Source: an uncultured Gammaproteobacteria bacterium
GTDB lineage: Bacteria; Pseudomonadota; Gammaproteobacteria; UBA9214
DNA: 64,000 nt
Assembly: GCA_963773065.1 (NCBI GenBank)
Contig: CAVYZN010000014.1
Location: forward strand, 32,001 to 96,000
Direction: 5' to 3'
In this document: one piece after another, positions 57,620-64,000 of the stretch
How the letters are laid out: every line of letters begins with the position of its first letter
Numbering within the stretch: position 1 is the stretch's first letter
Position numbers and translations under genes: made by a program
Notes under the pieces: generated by a model
What the model was told of the DNA's origin: nothing
Databases searched by the model: none
Seen by the model: the letters and a program-made list of their open reading frames with translations, nothing else

Positions 57620-59083
57620 TCAAGGCACCACGTCGTACCGCGCCATCATAGCCATGTCCTCGTGCTCCAGATTATGGCAATGCAGTATGTAACGACCGGT
57701 GTAGTCGGAGAACTTCGCGATGATGCGCGCCGTACCCATCCTGGCCGGCACCACCACGATGTCCTTCCAGCCGGCGTGGGTCGCCGGCGGCGCCACGCCG
57801 TTGATGTCCAGGATCTGGAACTGCGTCTGGTGCAGATGGATCGGGTGATCCAGCATGGACTGGTTGGTGAATCGCCAGATTTCGGTGGTGTTCACCTTGG
57901 GGTTGGCGATCGAAACGTTCTCATTGAAGGGACTGCCGTTGATGGTCCACATCCCACCCATCATGCCCATACCACCCGTCAAGGTGAAATTGCGCGTCCG
58001 CACCGCGCTGGAGGGGTTGAGCTTGGTGAGCGGGCGCAACGTAGACGGCACCGCACTCGTATCGGTCGCCGTGGTGGTCACGTTGAACCGCATGAGGTTG
58101 TACACCGTGCTGGTGCTGCTCACCAGGGTATTGCGCAGCGTCACGTTCGAACCCACCGCGATGCCGGAGAAGTCGATCACGACGTCGGCGCGCTCGGCCG
58201 GGGCGAGCGTGATCGAGGTCACCGTCACCGGCGCGGGCAGCAAGCCGCCTTCCATGCCGAGCACCTTGAACGCCCCGCCGTTGCTCAACGCCAGGCGGTA
58301 AAAGCGCGAATTCGAACCGTTCAGGATACGGAAACGATACTTGCGCCTGGCGACGTTGAAGTACGGCTGGATCGCGCCATTGACCAGAGCGACATCGCCG
58401 GTCTCGCCGTTCATGGTTTTGTTATAAACCAGGCTGCCCGTGGAGTTGAAACGACGATCCTGGATCACCAGCGGGACTTCATGGTTTCCGGAAGGCAGAT
58501 TCAGCCCCTCCTCGACACTATCGGTCAACAGGTAAAACCCGGCCATGCCGTACCACACGTGCGGGCCGGTGACCATGTCGGTGTGATCGTGATACCACAG
58601 CGTTGCCGGAAGCTGGTTGTTGGGGTAGGTGTAGGTGCGGTTACTCCCGGGGTTGACGAAGTCGGTCGGAAAACCGTCGTCCGCCGAAGGCGTGTGGCCG
58701 CCGTGCAGATGGGTGACGATATTGCCCGTCGCCCCGCCCAGGGTCGTCGTCGGCAAGCCGTTATAGAAATTCACGACGGTTTGACGGCCGACACGCGCCT
58801 TGATCGTGGGACCGGGCGTCATGCCGTTGTAGCCGATGATGGGCGTGGATTTGCCGGGGATGATCGACGCCGTCGTCTGCGTGATCTGCATGTCGTAATA
58901 ATCCGCGGTCGAGGTGCTGCTCGTCGGGCTCAACACCGGCGGGATGCGCAACGGTTGGGTGAAAGACGCCACCCCGGAACTGTCGTTGCTCGCACCGAAC
59001 ACCTTCAGCGGCAATAACGCGCCGGAGGCACCCGCCGCGCCCAGTGCACTCAAAGCCTTCAATATTTCACGTCTTGTTGCCAT
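57620..59083 (-). CDS. Tat-exported multicopper oxidase (CotA/CueO/bilirubin-oxidase-like)
   Basis: TRREILK twin-arginine signal; HLHG, WYHDH, HPIHLH, HCHNLEHEDMAMM. Confidence 0.95.
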   Translation of the reverse strand: MATRREILKALSALGAAGASGALLPLKVFGASNDSSGVASFTQPLRIPPVLSPTSSTSTADYYDMQITQTTASIIPGKSTPIIGYNGMTPGPTIKARVGRQTVVNFYNGLPTTTLGGATGNIVTHLHGGHTPSADDGFPTDFVNPGSNRTYTYPNNQLPATLWYHDHTDMVTGPHVWYGMAGFYLLTDSVEEGLNLPSGNHEVPLVIQDRRFNSTGSLVYNKTMNGETGDVALVNGAIQPYFNVARRKYRFRILNGSNSRFYRLALSNGGAFKVLGMEGGLLPAPVTVTSITLAPAERADVVIDFSGIAVGSNVTLRNTLVSSTSTVYNLMRFNVTTTATDTSAVPSTLRPLTKLNPSSAVRTRNFTLTGGMGMMGGMWTINGSPFNENVSIANPKVNTTEIWRFTNQSMLDHPIHLHQTQFQILDINGVAPPATHAGWKDIVVVPARMGTARIIAKFSDYTGRYILHCHNLEHEDMAMMARYDVVP

Positions 59084-59122
59084 GATAGCTGTATCTCCTC
59101 ATTGAACACTCGTGGTTAATCT

Positions 59123-59422
59123 TCACTGCCGCGTCCCAACGAATCGAAGCAACGGGATGCGCGTGAAACTTATCTCAGTGCCGAAGTGCGCATCTTTCGG
59201 CGGTGCTACAGCATTTGCATCCGGCAGGCCGCCATGTGCCTGGGTTTCTCGCTTGGGACTGGAAGGCGATGAAGACATGCCTTCGGCTCGTATAACATCC
59301 GCAGCAAAATAAGGCGTCCACTGCGCCAGGCCAGATTGCATCGTGGCCGTGACTAGCACCAGGAGAAGCAGGTTGCGGATAATTCGGCGGATGACCCATT
59401 CTGTGACATTATCTGAGGGCAT
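59123..59422 (-). CDS. Small hypothetical protein with hydrophobic N-terminus
   Basis: Co-oriented just upstream of the oxidase; no recognisable motif. Confidence 0.35.
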   Translation of the reverse strand: MPSDNVTEWVIRRIIRNLLLLVLVTATMQSGLAQWTPYFAADVIRAEGMSSSPSSPKRETQAHGGLPDANAVAPPKDAHFGTEISFTRIPLLRFVGTRQ

Positions 59423-59434
59423 TTTCCCTGCTTC

Positions 59435-59450
59435 AGCTACTTTTGTTACA
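59435..59450. promoter_or_regulatory. Candidate second Crp/Fnr-type operator (TGTAAC-N4-GTAGCT on the minus strand)
   Basis: AGCTACttttGTTACA upstream of the oxidase unit. Confidence 0.4.
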
Positions 59451-59559
59451 TAGCGATATCTGCGCAGGCCGCGGCGCGCGGCGATCTCGACCTAGTGCCT
59501 CGTCTCCTGATGCATTACGGGGGTACGAATTGAGTAAACGCCGAACACGACGTTATTCG

Positions 59560-60291
59560 CTAAACGGGTGCCAAATCCGGGTCGAAACGCCAGGGTGACG
59601 GCGGCGGGGGCAGGGCGCATGCCGCGTGCAGAATGCGGATGAATTCCCTTCGGGGCAGGGGAGCGGCTCCAAGGCTTGCGAGATGCCGGGTATGGACCTG
59701 ACAATCTATCAAGGGGAAATTCCAGTGTTTTAATTGCCGTACCAGATGCGCCAGCGCGACCTTCGAGGCGTCGCTGGTGTGCGCAAACATCGACTCCCCG
59801 AAAAATATCCGGCCGACAGACACGCCGTACAGACCGCCCACAAGCCGGTGTTCCCGCCAGCACTCCACCGAGTGAGCATATCCCTGCCGGTGCAGTTCCA
59901 GGTAGGCCGTCGTCATCTCCGGGGTAATCCAGGTGCCGTTCGCGTTGTCACGAGGCCCGGCGCAATGGCTGATTACCGCCCCGAAAGCCTCGTCCAGGGT
60001 AACCGTGAACGCGTGTTGTCTCAGTGTTTTCCGCAGGCTGCGGGAGATGCGCAATGCCTCGGGCAGCAGGACGAGTCGCGGATCCGGAGACCACCACAGG
60101 ATGGGCTGGCCCGGGCCATACCAGGGGAAAATCCCATTTCCATAGGCATTGAGCATGCGGGACGTGGAAAGATCCCCGCCGATGGCAAGCAGGCCATTGG
60201 GTTCTTTCAGCGCCAGTTCCACATCCGGGAAAGCGACATCCGGACCGTCGGGATCCAGCCAGTAAGGGGCAGCGCCACGCAGCGTCGTCAT
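59560..60291 (-). CDS. aat: Leucyl/phenylalanyl-tRNA-protein transferase
   Basis: [41 protein letters not shown]. Confidence 0.96.
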   Translation of the reverse strand: MTTLRGAAPYWLDPDGPDVAFPDVELALKEPNGLLAIGGDLSTSRMLNAYGNGIFPWYGPGQPILWWSPDPRLVLLPEALRISRSLRKTLRQHAFTVTLDEAFGAVISHCAGPRDNANGTWITPEMTTAYLELHRQGYAHSVECWREHRLVGGLYGVSVGRIFFGESMFAHTSDASKVALAHLVRQLKHWNFPLIDCQVHTRHLASLGAAPLPRREFIRILHAACALPPPPSPWRFDPDLAPV

Positions 60292-60312
60292 GCGGCACGA
60301 TCCTCGAAGTCC

Positions 60313-61473
60313 TTACTCCGTAGCCGGGCTCCCTGCCGCGGATTCTCTATAGGGGGAACAACGCTGCATGGCGTCCCGATAGTCAAGCATCAGTTCATGC
60401 TCCCGGGCGAGAAACCGGGCGATCGCCTGGCGAAAGTGTGGGTCAGCTATCCAGTGCGCGGACCAGGTCAGGGTCGGCAGGAAGCCGCGACTGATCTTGT
60501 GCTCGCCCTGGGCGCCCGGCTCGAACAGGCCCAGCCGGTTATCGATGCAGTACTCGATACCCTGGTAATAACAGGTCTCGAAGTGCAGGCTGTGATATTG
60601 CCCCGCGCAGCCCCAGTGCCGGCCATAGAGCGCCGTGTCGCTGCGCAGGTTGATGGCGCCGGCAACCGCCTGCCGTCCCAGCCAGGCGAATACCAGCACG
60701 ATCTGCTCGCCCATACTCCGGCTGATATCGAGAAAGAATTCCAGCGACAGGGTCGGCATGCCGGCTTTCCTCTCGAAGGTGGAGCGGTAGAATTCGTGCA
60801 TGGTCAGCCACTGTGCCGCGCTGGCCTCATGGCCGTGGATAATTTCCATGCGGATGCCGGCCTCCTCGACGAAGCGCCGTTCGCGCCGGATCTTCTTGCG
60901 TTTGCGTGAACTCAGGCGGGTGAGGAAATCATCGAATGAGCGGTAACCCTCGTCATGCCAGTGAAAATGGCAGCCGGTGCGGCGCATGAAACCATGCCGG
61001 AGCAGGGTAGCCGTATCGTCAGTGTCGGTAAACAGCCAGTGCAGGGATGAGGAGTGCGTTTGCGCCGTCAGCGCCAACGCCTTGTCGATGAGCAGATCCC
61101 TGACCACGGTACGATCGGCATCGTCCCTGACCAGCAAACGCGCCCCGGTTACCGGGGTATACGGAATGGCGGAGACGAACTTCGGGTAATAGGGCTTGCC
61201 GTCGTGATGATAGGCATCGGCCCAGGACCAATCGAAGACGAATTCTCCGTAGGAATTGTCCTTGAGATATAGCGGTGCGACACCCGCCAGGCCACCGGCG
61301 TCATCGAATACGACGATGTGCTGCGGATACCAGCCGAAGGCCTCGCCGACACAGTGGTGGCGCTCGAGGGCCGCCAGGAACTCGTGGCGCAGGAACGGGT
61401 TGGCTATGCCGCTTACCCGGTTCCAGAGACTGCAGGGAATATCCTCCAGCCGATTGATGACCTCGGCGCGCAT
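60313..61473 (-). CDS. FemAB-like GNAT protein (DUF482)
   Basis: SYGEFVFDWSWA, PYTPVTG, LYGRHWG, LHFETCYYQ, GAQGEHK. Confidence 0.9.
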   Translation of the reverse strand: MRAEVINRLEDIPCSLWNRVSGIANPFLRHEFLAALERHHCVGEAFGWYPQHIVVFDDAGGLAGVAPLYLKDNSYGEFVFDWSWADAYHHDGKPYYPKFVSAIPYTPVTGARLLVRDDADRTVVRDLLIDKALALTAQTHSSSLHWLFTDTDDTATLLRHGFMRRTGCHFHWHDEGYRSFDDFLTRLSSRKRKKIRRERRFVEEAGIRMEIIHGHEASAAQWLTMHEFYRSTFERKAGMPTLSLEFFLDISRSMGEQIVLVFAWLGRQAVAGAINLRSDTALYGRHWGCAGQYHSLHFETCYYQGIEYCIDNRLGLFEPGAQGEHKISRGFLPTLTWSAHWIADPHFRQAIARFLAREHELMLDYRDAMQRCSPYRESAAGSPATE

Positions 61474-61600
61474 GCTCTCAGAATGCCGCTATTCCGGCCG
61501 GAATACAAAGGGGAATTTCATTGTCGGCGCGGGCATGCCAGACGGCGGAGTGCATCCGGCGAGGAATCCGCCCGGGAACCAGGCCCCGCCTGATGCTGCT

Positions 61601-62599
<999 letters not shown>

Positions 62600-62750
62600 T
62601 TAAATCGCTAGGGCCGTTGACAGGCTGGATTGGCATCGGATGGAGGTCGGCAAATTCTGCGGTTGCCGCCAACTGCGCGGAGCGGCTCAACAGGTCGCCT
62701 GAGTAGCCAGGGGTTATGGTACGTAAGTTGGATGTTGGGGTAAAGCAAGC

Positions 62751-63818
62751 ATGCGCATAGGGATACCACGTGAAATTAAATCCATGGAAGGGCGGGTTGC
62801 CCTGGTACCCGAAGCCTGCAGGCAGTTGCTGAATGCCGGTCATACCATCCTCATGGAACAGGGCGCCGGATTGTTATCCGGTTACAGCGACGAGAGTTAC
62901 GCCGCGCTCGGAGTCCGCCTCGTAGGAGCGGCGGCGGAAGTCTATGCAGGGGCGCAACTGATCCTCAAGGTAAAGGAACCCCAGGACGGTGAAGTGGCGC
63001 TGCTGAATAAAGAGCACCTGCTGTTTTCCTTTCTGCATCTGGCCGCGGAGCCGGAACTGGGCAGGCGGCTGCAAGCGATCGGTCTGACCGCCGTGGCATT
63101 TGAAACCGTCGAGGACGACACAGGCCGTCTGCCGTTGCTGGCGCCGATGAGTGATATCGCCGGGCGTATTGCCACCCAGGTTGGAACCTGTCTCCTGCAC
63201 CGGCCCCATGGCGGCAAGGGCCTGTTGCTGGGCGGTCTGCCGGCTGCCGAACGCGGGCGCGTGATCATCATCGGCGCCGGCACGGCCGGCGGCAATGCCG
63301 CCCTGCTCGCCGCCGCGCTCGGTGCGCAGGTGGTGGTCTTCGACGTGGACCGCGACCGGCTGGCGGCCATGTGCGCCCTGGGTAACAATGTGACTGGTTT
63401 GTATCCTTATGAACACGCGCTGGCAAACGAAGTGAGCCGGGCGGATCTCGTGATCGGAGCGGTGTTGCGCACGGGCGCCCGGGCGCCGCATGTGGTCACG
63501 CGGCAGATGGTCAGTCAAATGCAGGCCGGCAGCGTGGTGATCGATATCTCGGTCGACCAGGGTGGCTGCATGGAGACCACCCGACCGACCACGTACGAAA
63601 ACCCGACCTATGTTGAAGAAGGCATTATCCATTTCGCGGTCACGAATATGCCGGCGGCGGTGCCCAGAACCGCTTCACAGGCCCTGTCGGCTGTGCTGCT
63701 GCCCTATGTCCTCGCGCTCACCCGGCCTGACTGGAAATCCTGTAAGCCCTTGACCCGGGGGATCAATATCGAGGCGGGCAAGGTTGTACACCCGGCGCTG
63801 AAAGAAACGTTTGCCTGA
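62751..63818 (+). CDS. ald: Alanine dehydrogenase
   Basis: GIPREIK..EGRV, KVKEP, LHLAA, LAPMS, DQGGC, VTNMP. Confidence 0.93.
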   Translation: MRIGIPREIKSMEGRVALVPEACRQLLNAGHTILMEQGAGLLSGYSDESYAALGVRLVGAAAEVYAGAQLILKVKEPQDGEVALLNKEHLLFSFLHLAAEPELGRRLQAIGLTAVAFETVEDDTGRLPLLAPMSDIAGRIATQVGTCLLHRPHGGKGLLLGGLPAAERGRVIIIGAGTAGGNAALLAAALGAQVVVFDVDRDRLAAMCALGNNVTGLYPYEHALANEVSRADLVIGAVLRTGARAPHVVTRQMVSQMQAGSVVIDISVDQGGCMETTRPTTYENPTYVEEGIIHFAVTNMPAAVPRTASQALSAVLLPYVLALTRPDWKSCKPLTRGINIEAGKVVHPALKETFA

Positions 63819-63876
63819 GTGCGTAGAGACAATTAAATTAGCCGATTGGCACGCATAGTTATTGAAGAGGATGATT

Positions 63877-64000
63877 TTGGCTCAGGCGCGACGCAAAAAG
63901 GACGAGAAAGGCAAACTGGCCCATCATGTCACGCGGGGCCTGCGCGAGGGGGCGCTGCTCATACTCGGCACGCTGGGTATCTACCTGCTGGTATCGCTGG
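63877..64000 (+). CDS. ftsK: Start of DNA translocase FtsK (partial)
   Basis: MAQARR...RGLREGALL...IYLLVSL; expected position after trxB/ald. Confidence 0.7.
   Translation, partial: MAQARRKKDEKGKLAHHVTRGLREGALLILGTLGIYLLVSL

Larger units (their letters stand above)
42140..59500. mobile_element. Accessory island between infA and aat (ends approximate; no integrase seen)
   Basis: Interrupts the usual clpA-infA-aat-trxB-ftsK neighbourhood; IS relic at the left edge; accessory content. Confidence 0.6.

Overview
GC-rich gammaproteobacterial chromosome window, probably from a sulfur-oxidising, hydrogen-using lithotroph (sulfur-globule protein, group 3d HoxFUYHW hydrogenase, TtrS-like sensor). Many conserved genes carry single-base frameshifts, so the sequence looks like an unpolished long-read assembly and broken genes should not be assumed to be pseudogenes. 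Layout: (1) 1-11.1 kb is an accessory zone with IS21 nested in IS1634, an sgp-like gene, an unclassified IS-like element, and a 5 kb cassette. The cassette is bounded by 127-bp inverted repeats that each contain the 5' half of tRNA-Gly(CCC), and it encodes a dockerin-tailed secreted protein (split by ISL3) plus a cohesin-like PEP-CTERM anchor. (2) 11.2-42 kb is mostly core: hox operon, uppP, Na/Ca antiporter, DAHP synthase, aguAB, dusA, an arsenosugar-type cluster, purB-acnA-hflD-mnmA-nudJ, icd, cspD, clpSA, infA. (3) A ~17.4 kb island lies between infA and aat. It holds a kinase/NtrC pair with an enhancer and sigma54 promoter, a TtrS/TtrR-like pair, and an array in which a near-identical ~250-370 bp promoter/structured-leader/signal-peptide module is repeated four times in front of divergent secreted cargo. 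The cargo is three 6-Cys paralogues and an HxH-rich propeller, with an orphan GspC. A Crp/Fnr regulator and a Tat multicopper oxidase follow. (4) aat, a FemAB-like GNAT, trxB, ald and the start of ftsK. The best candidates for undescribed systems are the repeated-leader secreted-cargo array (49.5-55.4 kb) and the half-tRNA-bounded cohesin/dockerin cassette (6.0-11.0 kb).
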